Of a stretch of 64,000 nt of DNA, positions 9,938 through 19,133 are shown one piece after another. Every line of letters starts with the position of its first letter. Within the stretch, counting starts at the first letter, position 1. The position numbers and the translations under genes are program-made. The DNA is from Nitrospirota bacterium. GTDB taxonomy: Bacteria; Nitrospirota; UBA9217. The notes below the pieces were generated by a model. It was not told where the DNA came from, ran no database searches, and saw only the letters and a list, made by a program, of their open reading frames with translations. The stretch is from the NCBI GenBank assembly GCA_963840455.1, contig CAWIYV010000007.1, positions 160,001 to 224,000 of the forward strand, written 5' to 3'.

Positions 9938-12121
9938 ATGGAAAATACGGTAACGGTAACCATCGACGGCGTGACGGTCAAGGTCAAGCCCACCGCCACC
10001 ATCCTGGAAGCGGCCAAGGCAGCGGGCGTGCGGATCCCGGTCCTCTGCGCCGATGACAAGCTCCATCCATACGGCTCCTGCCGCATTTGCATCGTGGAAG
10101 TGGAGAAGTCCCCCCGGAAGTTCACTCCCTCGTGCACCACGCCGGTGAACGACAACATGTCGGTCAAGACCATGTCGCCCGACCTGATCGAGGCGCGGAA
10201 GCGCATTCTCGAACTGCTGCTGAACAACCATCCGCTGGACTGCCCGATCTGCGACAAGGCCGGCAGCTGCCAGCTCCAGGACCTGGTGCACGAGTACGGC
10301 CTCGGACCGAGCCGGTTCCACGAACCGAAGCGCACCGTGGCGCCGAGCTACCATTCCAAGGTCATTGACCGCGAAGTGAGCCGCTGCGTCCTGTGCGGCA
10401 AATGCGTGCGGGTCTGCCGGGAGCAGAACGCCGTTGGCGAACTGGCCTTCACGCGGCGCGGCGACAAGTCCAAGGTCAGCACTGACTTCGACCAGCCGCT
10501 GGACTGCGAGTTCTGCGGCGAGTGCGTGGAGATCTGCCCCGTCGGCGCGCTGACCACCAAGCAGTTCAAGTACAAAGGCCGGACGTGGAACCTCGACCGG
10601 ACGACCTCGGTCTGCAACTACTGCGGCTGCGGCTGCAGGACGTCGTACGAATCACGGCTCGGCAGGATCGTGCGGGTGAAATCGGCCGCCCGGAACTACC
10701 TCTGCAGCAAGGGCCGCTTCGGCTGGGACGCCGTGCACCATCCCGACCGGCTTGCGACGCCGCTCGTGCGGGTCGGCGGCGAACTGGTCCCCGCGACGTG
10801 GGACGAGGCCCTCGCCATGGTCGTGACCAACCTGCATGTGATAAAGAACAAGAAGGGTGCCGACAGCATCGGCGGCCTCGGGTCGGTCAGGACAACGAAC
10901 GAGGAGAGCTACCTCTTCCAGAAGTTCATGCGGTCCGTGGTGGGGACGAACAACGTGGACCTGCTGGCGCGTCTCAAGATCCCGAAGGGCCTGAACACGG
11001 ACTTCTTCTCCGGAGAGATCCGGAAGATCGGCAGCCACGATGTCGTGCTGGTCCTGGACGGGGACGTGGGCGAGCTCAATCCCTTTACCGGGATCGAGAT
11101 CGTCCGCGCCGTGAGCCAGAACTATAAGAAGCTTGTGCTCGTGAACAGCGGGTTCAACAAGTTCAACCGCCTCGCCTCGGTGGTGCTCGATTATCTCACG
11201 CCTGAGGCAGCGCTGTCGGACCTGCTGCCGGCGCTCAGGACGGGCAAGGGCGGGAGCGATCGGGTGACGCAGGCCGCGGCCATCCTGAAGGAGGCGAACA
11301 GCGTCGCCGTCATCATTCCCGGACGGACCACGGACAAGGAATATGCCCAGATCAAGGAGCTCCTGCCGCTGCTGAAGGGCGTCACCACCTATCCCATCGT
11401 CCGCCGGAGCAATCTCCAGGGCGCGCTGGACATGGGAGTCATGCCTGATTATTATCCCGGCTACCAGAAGGTGGGCCCTGATGCAATGAGCAAGTTCACC
11501 GGATCGTGGAATGCCGTGCTGCCGGACAACCCCGGCCTCACGTCGCTGGAGATGCTGGCCGGGATCAGGACCGGCAAGATCGCGGCGCTTTACATCATGG
11601 GCGACGATCCGGCAGGGAGCGACAAGGGGCTGAAGGACATCCTGAGCAAGCTGGAGTTCCTCGTGGTCCAGGACATCTTCCTGACCGAGACCGCGAAGCT
11701 TGCCGACGTGGTCCTGCCTGCGTCGAGCATCGCCGAAAAGACCGGCACGTTCACCAACCTCGAACGCCGGCTCCAGCAGCTGAACCGCGCCGAGGAGCCC
11801 CACGGGGAGTCGCGGCCGGACTGGGACATCCTGCACACGCTGGCCAAGAAGATGGGCAGTTCCATGCACTACGCGTCGCCTGCGGACATCCTGAAGGAGA
11901 TCAGGGCCACGGTGCCGCTGTATACCGACCTCGACGCGGGCAGCGTCTGGCCCCGGGAGCGGTCGCCGCTGGCGGGCGCGGACGTGGACCTCTCTCTGGC
12001 GTCCGATACGGTCATGAAGAACGATGTCATCACGTCGGACCGTCTGCTGTTCTCCTCCGGGACGATGATCACCCGGTCCAAAGAGATCTCGACGCTCTGC
12101 CGTACCAAGGTGGAGGTATAG
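9938..12121 (+). CDS. nuoG: NuoG / FdhF-like molybdopterin-fold Fe-S subunit
   Basis: [2Fe-2S] C..GSCRIC..C; HPLDCPICDKAGSC; CVLCGKCVRVC and CEFCGECVEICP; CNYCGCGC...C; LVVQDIFLTETAKLADVVLPA; sits between nuoF and nuoH. Confidence 0.85.
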   Translation: MENTVTVTIDGVTVKVKPTATILEAAKAAGVRIPVLCADDKLHPYGSCRICIVEVEKSPRKFTPSCTTPVNDNMSVKTMSPDLIEARKRILELLLNNHPLDCPICDKAGSCQLQDLVHEYGLGPSRFHEPKRTVAPSYHSKVIDREVSRCVLCGKCVRVCREQNAVGELAFTRRGDKSKVSTDFDQPLDCEFCGECVEICPVGALTTKQFKYKGRTWNLDRTTSVCNYCGCGCRTSYESRLGRIVRVKSAARNYLCSKGRFGWDAVHHPDRLATPLVRVGGELVPATWDEALAMVVTNLHVIKNKKGADSIGGLGSVRTTNEESYLFQKFMRSVVGTNNVDLLARLKIPKGLNTDFFSGEIRKIGSHDVVLVLDGDVGELNPFTGIEIVRAVSQNYKKLVLVNSGFNKFNRLASVVLDYLTPEAALSDLLPALRTGKGGSDRVTQAAAILKEANSVAVIIPGRTTDKEYAQIKELLPLLKGVTTYPIVRRSNLQGALDMGVMPDYYPGYQKVGPDAMSKFTGSWNAVLPDNPGLTSLEMLAGIRTGKIAALYIMGDDPAGSDKGLKDILSKLEFLVVQDIFLTETAKLADVVLPASSIAEKTGTFTNLERRLQQLNRAEEPHGESRPDWDILHTLAKKMGSSMHYASPADILKEIRATVPLYTDLDAGSVWPRERSPLAGADVDLSLASDTVMKNDVITSDRLLFSSGTMITRSKEISTLCRTKVEV

Positions 12122-12130
12122 GAGCGGACC

Positions 12131-13216
12131 ATGCCTGATATGCACCAGATCCTCACTCTCGTCGTCAGCATCGGGATCCCCGTCGTGGTCCTGCTGAGCT
12201 TCATCCTGGCGAACGCCATGTATCTGCAGCTCATGGAGCGCAAGGTGCTCGCGCACATGCAGTCGCGGCTCGGGCCCATGCGCGCCGGATGGCATGGCAT
12301 CCTGCAGCCGGTGGCCGACGCGGTCAAGTTCATGTTCAAAGAGGACATCATCCCGGCGAAGGCGGACAAGTGGGTGTTCAGCCTTGCGCCGCTCATTTTT
12401 CTGGTAATGGCCTTCGGAGCCTTCGTGGCGATCCCCTTTGGACCTCCCACGGATTTCTTCGGGATCCTGTCGCATAAGGTGCCGCTCTGGGTATCGAACC
12501 TGAACATCGGCGTGCTCTACATCGTCGCTTTGGCGAGCGTCGGCACCTACGGCGTGATCATGGCCGGATGGGCGTCGAACAACAAGTACTCGCTCATGGG
12601 GGGCTTCCGCTCCGCGGCGCAGATGATCAGCTACGAGATCCCCATGGCCTTCGCGATCGTGACGGTGGTGCTGATGGCGGGATCCCTGAACCTCAGCGAT
12701 ATCGTCAACGCTCAGTCCAAGAAGTGGTTCATCACCGTTCTCCCCGTGGGCCCGGTCGCGTTCTTCCTCTATCTGTTCGCCGGAATCGCCGAGACGAACC
12801 GCGCGCCCTTCGACCTGCCCGAGGCCGAGAGCGAGCTCGTGGCGGGGTACTTCACCGAGTACAGCGGCATCCGGTTCGGCATCTTCTACATGGCCGAGTA
12901 CATGAACATGATGATCGTGTCCCTGCTGGTGAGCATCATGTTCCTGGGCGGCTGGAATCCCGTCCAGATATTCCCGACGTGGCTGGGCCACATCGGCATC
13001 ATTGCCGGGATCAACAAGGCCCTTGCCTTCATCCCGCCGACGATCTGGCTCCTGGGCAAGCTCTACTTCTTCATATTCTTTTATATGTGGATCCGGGCGA
13101 CGCTTCCCCGGTATCGCTATGACCAGCTCATGATGATCGCCTGGAAATTCCTGCTGCCGCTCTCCCTGGGCACCCTGCTGGTCGCGGCCTTCATGAAGCA
13201 GGCAGGCTGGATGTAG
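12131..13216 (+). CDS. nuoH: NADH-quinone oxidoreductase subunit H
   Basis: ERKVLAHMQSRLGP, AQMISYE, AETNRAPFDLPEAESELVAGYFTEYSG, RYRYDQLM. Confidence 0.96.
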   Translation: MPDMHQILTLVVSIGIPVVVLLSFILANAMYLQLMERKVLAHMQSRLGPMRAGWHGILQPVADAVKFMFKEDIIPAKADKWVFSLAPLIFLVMAFGAFVAIPFGPPTDFFGILSHKVPLWVSNLNIGVLYIVALASVGTYGVIMAGWASNNKYSLMGGFRSAAQMISYEIPMAFAIVTVVLMAGSLNLSDIVNAQSKKWFITVLPVGPVAFFLYLFAGIAETNRAPFDLPEAESELVAGYFTEYSGIRFGIFYMAEYMNMMIVSLLVSIMFLGGWNPVQIFPTWLGHIGIIAGINKALAFIPPTIWLLGKLYFFIFFYMWIRATLPRYRYDQLMMIAWKFLLPLSLGTLLVAAFMKQAGWM

Positions 13217-13326
13217 ATCCCGGTAGAGTACAGAGAATGCCGTCGGTTCATGGTTATGATATGGCAATGATGTTCACCCCGTTGGAAACAGTGGATGTTC
13301 TCACGGGGTAGGAGAGGTCCCTGACG

Positions 13327-13800
13327 ATGTCTAAACTGAAAAAAGCAATCAAAACGATCTTCATGCTCGAGATTGCCGAGGGCATGTGGCTCACGCTCAA
13401 GACCATGCTTACGCCCGCGGTGACGCGACAGTACCCGACGTTCAAGCGCAAGCCCTTTGCCGGCTCACGGGGGCTTCATTACATGGACCGTGATGACACC
13501 GGCCAGAAGGAGCGGTGCATCGGGTGCGGCCTGTGTGAGGCGGTCTGCCCGGCCAAGGCGATCACTGTCGTCACCACCAAGGGTTCCGATTATGAGAAGG
13601 TCGTGTCGGCCTATGAGCTCGATCTCTTGAGATGTGTTTTCTGTGGATTTTGCGTGGATGCCTGCCCGGTGAACGCCATCAAGATGTCGCCGAACTTCGA
13701 ACTGGCCTGCTACTCGCGCAAGGACGTCTTCTATACCAAGGACCGGCTCGTCGAAGTGGGGGACAAGTACCTGGGGAGGAAGAAGGAGGGGACGAAATGA
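13327..13800 (+). CDS. nuoI: NADH-quinone oxidoreductase subunit I
   Basis: CIGCGLCEAVCP and CVFCGFCVDACP, 2x[4Fe-4S]. Confidence 0.93.
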   Translation: MSKLKKAIKTIFMLEIAEGMWLTLKTMLTPAVTRQYPTFKRKPFAGSRGLHYMDRDDTGQKERCIGCGLCEAVCPAKAITVVTTKGSDYEKVVSAYELDLLRCVFCGFCVDACPVNAIKMSPNFELACYSRKDVFYTKDRLVEVGDKYLGRKKEGTK

Positions 13801-14303
13801 TCCACCAGCTCATCTTCCTGTACTTTGCGGCGGTCATCATCGTATCCGCCGTCCTCATGGTCACCCGCCGGAACCTCATCCACAGCGTGATGTTCATGCT
13901 GCTCCTGTTCTTCCATATCGCGGGAGTGTTCGTTCTCCTGAACGCCGAGTTCCTTGCGGCGGTGCAGCTCATCGTCTATGCCGGCGCCATCCTCATTCTG
14001 TACCTCTTCGTGGTGATGCTCCTGAGCGTGGACCGGGAGACGCAGTCAGTCAGGGCGAACCGCTTCTGGCCCTGGCTGATCGGTTTCGGATTCGTCATCG
14101 CCGCCGAGATCGCGCTGCTGGTCCTGCGCGGGTCCTTCCCGGCGGACCGCGGCCAGGCCGTGAAAAATGCTGGTGCCGGGGTCAGGGAGCTTGGCGTCGA
14201 ACTGTACACGAATTACCTGGTCCCGTTCGAGATCGCATCGGTCATCCTGCTCGTGGGCCTGGTCGGCGCGGTGATGCTGGCGAAGAAGAAAGTGAAAGAA
14301 TAA
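13797..14303 (+). CDS. nuoJ: NADH-quinone oxidoreductase subunit J
   Basis: AEFLAAVQLIVYAGAILILYLFVVMLL, PFEIASVILLV; ATGA overlap with nuoI. Confidence 0.93.
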   Translation: MIHQLIFLYFAAVIIVSAVLMVTRRNLIHSVMFMLLLFFHIAGVFVLLNAEFLAAVQLIVYAGAILILYLFVVMLLSVDRETQSVRANRFWPWLIGFGFVIAAEIALLVLRGSFPADRGQAVKNAGAGVRELGVELYTNYLVPFEIASVILLVGLVGAVMLAKKKVKE

Positions 14304-14310
14304 TCAAAGC

Positions 14311-14390
14311 CAATTGCGGAATGCGGATTTCGGATTGAAAAGCAAAGCCACCGGAGATTGATCCGCAATCTGAAATCTACAATCGAAATC
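14311..14390. repeat. Intergenic inverted array of 7-bp units (ATTGCGG/ATCCGCA)
   Basis: AATTGCGGAATGCGGATTTCGGATTG ... ATCCGCAATCTGAAATCTACAATCGAAAT; related units at 2036..2061 and 56260..56275. Confidence 0.7.
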
Positions 14391-14403
14391 GTTCGGAGGT
14401 CCC

Positions 14404-14706
14404 ATGGTTCCCTTGTCCTGGTATATCCTGCTCAGCGCGGCCCTGTTCACCATCGGTGTGGTCGGCGTGCTGAGCCGGCGCAACGTCTTCATCATCCTCA
14501 TGTCCATCGAGCTGATGCTGAACGCCGCCAACATCAACCTGATCGCATTCTCGCATTATCTCCAGAACCTGACAGGCCAGATCTTCGCCATTTTCGTCAT
14601 TACGGTGGCGGCGGCCGAAGCGGCCGTTGCCCTCGCGCTTATCATCCTCCTCGCGCGGAACCGCGGGACCGTCTACGTGGACGAGTTTAATCTCATGAAG
14701 GGATAG
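14404..14706 (+). CDS. nuoK: NADH-quinone oxidoreductase subunit K
   Basis: [30 protein letters not shown]. Confidence 0.95.
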   Translation: MVPLSWYILLSAALFTIGVVGVLSRRNVFIILMSIELMLNAANINLIAFSHYLQNLTGQIFAIFVITVAAAEAAVALALIILLARNRGTVYVDEFNLMKG

Positions 14707-14746
14707 CCCGGGACCGTTCCGGACCGATGCTTCCGAGGTAGAGACC

Positions 14747-16666
14747 ATGCTCAAATACATACTGATACCGCTCCTGCCGTTCACCGGCTTTCTCATCGCC
14801 GGGCTGTTCGGGAAATACCTCAAGGAACGCGCAGCCGTTGTTGCGGTGGCCGGGGTCTTCGGCTCCTTCGTCTTTGCCGTGAGCGCGTTCATTGATGTGC
14901 TGGGCGGCACGCTCATCGACGAGAACCTTTACTCCTGGATCGCCATCGGCAGCCTCAACATCACCGTGGGGTTCCAGGTCGACCAGCTGACCGCGGTGAT
15001 GCTGATGGTCGTGACGACGCTCAGCACGCTCATCCATATCTATTCCATCGGCTACATGCACGGGGACAAGGGCTTTGCGCGGTTCTTCGCCTACCTCGAG
15101 CTCTTCACCTTCTTTATGCTGGTCCTGGTGATGGCCAACAACTTCCTGCTCATGTTCGTGGGCTGGGAAGGGGTGGGGCTCTGCTCCTATCTGCTGATCG
15201 GGTTCTGGTACGAGAAAAAGTCGGCAACCGACGCCGGCATCAAGGCCTTCGTGGTGAACCGTGTGGGCGACTTCGGGTTCGTGCTTGGCGTGATGCTCAT
15301 CTTCGTGACCTTCGGGTCACTGGACTTCACCGATGTGTTCAAGGCCGCCTCTACGCCTGCAGCGGCACAGACCGTCAGTTTGCTCGGCGTTGAGATGAGC
15401 GTGATCACGCTCATCTGCCTGCTGCTCTTCGTCGGCGCCACCGGAAAGTCAGCCCAGATCCCGCTGTATGTCTGGCTGCCGGACGCCATGGAAGGCCCGA
15501 CCCCGGTCAGCGCCCTCATCCACGCGGCGACCATGGTCACCGCCGGCGTGTTCATGGTGGCCCGTTGCTCGCCGCTCTTTTCCCTGTCGCATACGGCCAT
15601 GACCGTCGTTGCGGTCACGGGCGGGCTCACCGCATTCTTTGCCGCCACCATCGGCCTGGTCCAGAACGACATCAAGCGCGTGATCGCCTATTCCACGATC
15701 AGCCAGCTCGGGTACATGTTCATGGGGCTCGGGGTGGGCGCGTTCGCTGCGGGCATCTTCCATCTCACGACCCATGCCTTCTTCAAGGGGCTCCTGTTCC
15801 TCGCCTCGGGCAGCGTGATCCACGCCCTCTCCGGCGAGCAGGACATGCGCAAGATGGGGTCCCTCAAGTCGAAGATCAAGGTCACCTATGCGGTGTTCGT
15901 GATCGGTTCGCTCGCCCTTGCCGGCATATTCCCCTTCGCCGGCTTCTTCAGCAAGGACGAGATCCTCTGGAGCGTCTACGGTTCGAACTGGATGCTGTGG
16001 GTCGTCGGCGTCATCGGCGCGCTGATGACGGCGTTCTACTCGTTCCGGCTCATCTATCTCACGTTCTACGGCACTTCGCGCATGGACCACGAGGTCGAGC
16101 ATCATGTCCATGAGTCGCCGACGATCATGACGGTGCCTCTCATGATCCTGGCGTTCTTCTCGATCACCATAGGCCTTATCGGCATCCCGGGTGCGCTCAT
16201 CTCTCACGCGAACCTCTTCGGCGAGTTCCTGGCGCCGGTCTTTCCGGAGGCCCATCACGGCGGCGCGGAGAGCAGGACGCTGGAGATCGGCCTCATGATC
16301 TTCTCGGTCATGGTCGCCTTGATCGGCATTCGGATAGCCTATACCCTGTATGTGAAGAAACCGGCCATCCCGGACCAGATTGCCGAAAAGTTCAAGGGTC
16401 TCTACAATCTGCTCCTGAACAAGTACAAGGTCGATGAAGTGTATAACTATATCTTTGTCGACGGGCTGGTGCATAAGCTCGCCAAGTTCCTTCATACGGT
16501 GGGAGATGTCAAGATCATAGACGGCTTCATCAATGGAGCCGCCGCTGCCATCGGCAGGACGAGCGAACGGGGGAGAAAACTCCAGGCCGGCTTCGTCCAG
16601 GAATACGCCTTCACCATGGGGCTGGGCCTCGTGGTGCTCATGGGGCTGTATTACGTGTTACGGTAG
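14747..16666 (+). CDS. nuoL: NADH-quinone oxidoreductase subunit L
   Basis: GWEGVGLCSYLLIGFW, GKSAQIPLYVWLPDAMEGPTPVSALIHAATMV, HAFFKGLLFL. Confidence 0.96.
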   Translation: MLKYILIPLLPFTGFLIAGLFGKYLKERAAVVAVAGVFGSFVFAVSAFIDVLGGTLIDENLYSWIAIGSLNITVGFQVDQLTAVMLMVVTTLSTLIHIYSIGYMHGDKGFARFFAYLELFTFFMLVLVMANNFLLMFVGWEGVGLCSYLLIGFWYEKKSATDAGIKAFVVNRVGDFGFVLGVMLIFVTFGSLDFTDVFKAASTPAAAQTVSLLGVEMSVITLICLLLFVGATGKSAQIPLYVWLPDAMEGPTPVSALIHAATMVTAGVFMVARCSPLFSLSHTAMTVVAVTGGLTAFFAATIGLVQNDIKRVIAYSTISQLGYMFMGLGVGAFAAGIFHLTTHAFFKGLLFLASGSVIHALSGEQDMRKMGSLKSKIKVTYAVFVIGSLALAGIFPFAGFFSKDEILWSVYGSNWMLWVVGVIGALMTAFYSFRLIYLTFYGTSRMDHEVEHHVHESPTIMTVPLMILAFFSITIGLIGIPGALISHANLFGEFLAPVFPEAHHGGAESRTLEIGLMIFSVMVALIGIRIAYTLYVKKPAIPDQIAEKFKGLYNLLLNKYKVDEVYNYIFVDGLVHKLAKFLHTVGDVKIIDGFINGAAAAIGRTSERGRKLQAGFVQEYAFTMGLGLVVLMGLYYVLR

Positions 16667-16725
16667 GCCGTTGACCGGAAGCAGAAACTGTTTTGAAGGG
16701 TCCCTAAACGCTCATAGGTCGGAGA

Positions 16726-17496
16726 ATGACCATGCGAGAGATGAAGCGCGGTCTGCAGCAATGTCTGTCCGTAGCGGTGCTGCTAGTGTTGGCAACAGTG
16801 AGTACGGCACGGTCACAGGAAGTGCTGCCGGAACAGGCACCGCCGCCGGCGCAGACGCCACAGACAGGCGCAGCGCCGCAGGAGCTGCTCAATACGGCCG
16901 GGAAGGTACGCCTTTCGCTGCACGGGGTGCTGGGCTTCGGGTTCGATAAGGTCGATGTCGGCACAACGATCTCGGGTGATACGGTCTCGATCAGCGGAGG
17001 CGGAGGACTTGGGGGAGGTGCGGGAATCGCGTTTGGTCTCTCGCGAAGCCTGGATCTTGACCTTGACCTCGGCTTTCAGGGGGGCGGCATGACTCCCCCG
17101 GTCGACAACGCGGACGGGTCGTTCACGCGCGGTTATTTCCTCGCGACGCTCAAGTACAAGAAACCCACCTCGGGCACCGGTCAGTTCAAGTTCGGGGCGG
17201 GGCTCGGCGCATATTTCGGCGGCAAGCTGAAGTTCAATCGGACGGACATGAATTTTAACGAGGAGGTCGACTACGACCCGGCCGTCGGTCTGCACTTCAC
17301 CGGAGAGTTCGAGCGCTTCATCAGTCCGAACGTTTCTTTCAATATCGGGGCCAAGATCTATTTTGTAGAGTACAAGGCGAAGTCCTACACGTTCAATTCT
17401 GTCGATGTGCCCGTTTCGGCGCTCAAGGACGATGTCCGGAATCTCAACGGCAGCGGTATGGACCTCCTGATCGGCATCAACATGTACTTTAATTAA
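16726..17496 (+). CDS. Outer-membrane beta-barrel protein (OmpW/OmpA-like 8-strand type)
   Basis: Signal peptide, Pro/Gln/Ala linker, alternating amphipathic strands (LDLDLDLGF, FKFGAGLGAY, VSFNIGAKIY), C-terminal IGINMYFN. Start may be 16741. Confidence 0.7.
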   Translation: MTMREMKRGLQQCLSVAVLLVLATVSTARSQEVLPEQAPPPAQTPQTGAAPQELLNTAGKVRLSLHGVLGFGFDKVDVGTTISGDTVSISGGGGLGGGAGIAFGLSRSLDLDLDLGFQGGGMTPPVDNADGSFTRGYFLATLKYKKPTSGTGQFKFGAGLGAYFGGKLKFNRTDMNFNEEVDYDPAVGLHFTGEFERFISPNVSFNIGAKIYFVEYKAKSYTFNSVDVPVSALKDDVRNLNGSGMDLLIGINMYFN

Positions 17497-17578
17497 GGGA
17501 CCCCTTCTCGGAGGGGTCCGGTCGCACTTTGTATGGCAGTATCAACCATTTGCACTCTTTCGTGAAGGAGCCTGATAC

Positions 17579-19117
17579 ATGCTCGAACTTATGCCAAACC
17601 AGCTCGGGTATCCTCTCCTGAGCCTCCTCATCTTCGTTCCGGTCATCGGAGCGATTGTCCTGCTCGCTGTGCGCGATGCCCGGGCGGCCCGGTGGATCGC
17701 GCTGCTGTTCTCGATCGTGGAACTCGGTCTCTGCATGCCGCTTTTCGGGAACTTTAACAGCTCGGTGGCGCACATGCAGTTCGGCGAGTCCATGCCCTGG
17801 ATTGCGGCCTGGAACATCCATTACAAGCTCGGCGTGGACGGCATCAGTGTGCTGTTCGTGGGGTTGTCCGCACTCCTCACGGTCATCTCCATCATGGTGT
17901 CATGGACCGCGGTGACGGAACGCGTGCGCGAGTTCATGATCGCCCTGCTGTTCCTCGAAGCCGCGATGATCGGGGTGTTTCTTGCCCTCGACCTTTTCCT
18001 CTTCTACATATTCTGGGAAGCAATGCTCATCCCCATGTACCTTCTCATCGGCGTATGGGGAGGTCCGAACCGGCTGTACGCCGCAGTCAAGTTCTTCCTC
18101 TACACCCTGGTCGGCAGCGTGCTGATGCTGGTCGCTATCCTGGCCATTTATTTTTCGGCGGGAGGGACCTTTGACGTCCTCACGCTCATGAATTACAAGT
18201 TCGGCCACGCGTTCCAGATGTGGGCCTTTGCGGCCTTCTTCGCCGCCTTTGCGGTGAAAGTGCCCATGTTCCCGTTCCATACATGGCTGCCCGACGCCCA
18301 CGTGGAGGCGCCGACCGCCGGCAGCATTATCCTTGCCGGCATCCTCATCAAGATGGGGGCATACGGCTTCCTGCGATTCTCCCTGCCGTTCTTCCCGGAT
18401 GCTACGATTGCCTACACGCCGGCCATCATGGTCCTTTCTGTGATCGGCATTATCTACGGCGCTTACATGGCCTTTGCCCAGACGGACTTCAAGAAGCTCA
18501 TTGCCTATTCGAGCGTGAGCCACATGGGCTTCGTCACGCTCGGCATCTTCGCGATGAACAGCCAGGGCCTCGAGGGCGGCATCCTTCAGATGATCAACCA
18601 CGGCGTCTCAACCGGAGCGCTGTTCTTCGGTGTCGGCGTCATCTATGAAAGGACCCATACGAGGGTGATCGCGGATTACGGCGGGCTCGCCTCGAAGGTC
18701 CCGGTGTACGCCGCCTTCTTTATGATCATCACCCTGTCGTCCATCGGGCTCCCGGGCACGAACGGCTTTGTGGGTGAGTTCACCATCCTCCTGGGCGCAT
18801 TCCAGCACAAGGCGATCTACGCGGTGATCGCGTCCATCGGCATCATCCTGGGCGCGGGATACATGCTCTGGCTGTATCAGCGGATCATCTTCGGCACCGT
18901 CACCAATCCCCACAATGAACACCTGACGGACATGAACCCGCGTGAGATCGTGGCGGCGCTGCCGCTGGTCATCCTGGTGTTCGTTGTCGGTCTCTACCCG
19001 AACGCAGCGTTCCAGGTCATGCATGCTTCGGCGGACAACCTCATCAAACATGTCCATGCCAAGGCATCCGTCGTACCGGCCGCTGTGCAGGCGGCGAGCG
19101 CCCTGGTCGGAAATTAG
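17579..19117 (+). CDS. nuoM: NADH-quinone oxidoreductase subunit M
   Basis: LGVDGIS, FYIFWEAMLIPMY, AVKVPMFPFHTWLPDAHVEAPT, IAYSSVSHMG. Confidence 0.96.
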   Translation: MLELMPNQLGYPLLSLLIFVPVIGAIVLLAVRDARAARWIALLFSIVELGLCMPLFGNFNSSVAHMQFGESMPWIAAWNIHYKLGVDGISVLFVGLSALLTVISIMVSWTAVTERVREFMIALLFLEAAMIGVFLALDLFLFYIFWEAMLIPMYLLIGVWGGPNRLYAAVKFFLYTLVGSVLMLVAILAIYFSAGGTFDVLTLMNYKFGHAFQMWAFAAFFAAFAVKVPMFPFHTWLPDAHVEAPTAGSIILAGILIKMGAYGFLRFSLPFFPDATIAYTPAIMVLSVIGIIYGAYMAFAQTDFKKLIAYSSVSHMGFVTLGIFAMNSQGLEGGILQMINHGVSTGALFFGVGVIYERTHTRVIADYGGLASKVPVYAAFFMIITLSSIGLPGTNGFVGEFTILLGAFQHKAIYAVIASIGIILGAGYMLWLYQRIIFGTVTNPHNEHLTDMNPREIVAALPLVILVFVVGLYPNAAFQVMHASADNLIKHVHAKASVVPAAVQAASALVGN

Positions 19118-19133
19118 GTAAGGAGAGGCATTC

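Noticed and set aside
10652-13267. Long antisense ORFs (e.g. 871 aa here, 747 aa at 56707..58950, 404 aa at 6155..7369)
   Set aside because: Shadow frames of GC-rich genuine genes (nuoG/H, rnr, nuoD) with no protein motifs.
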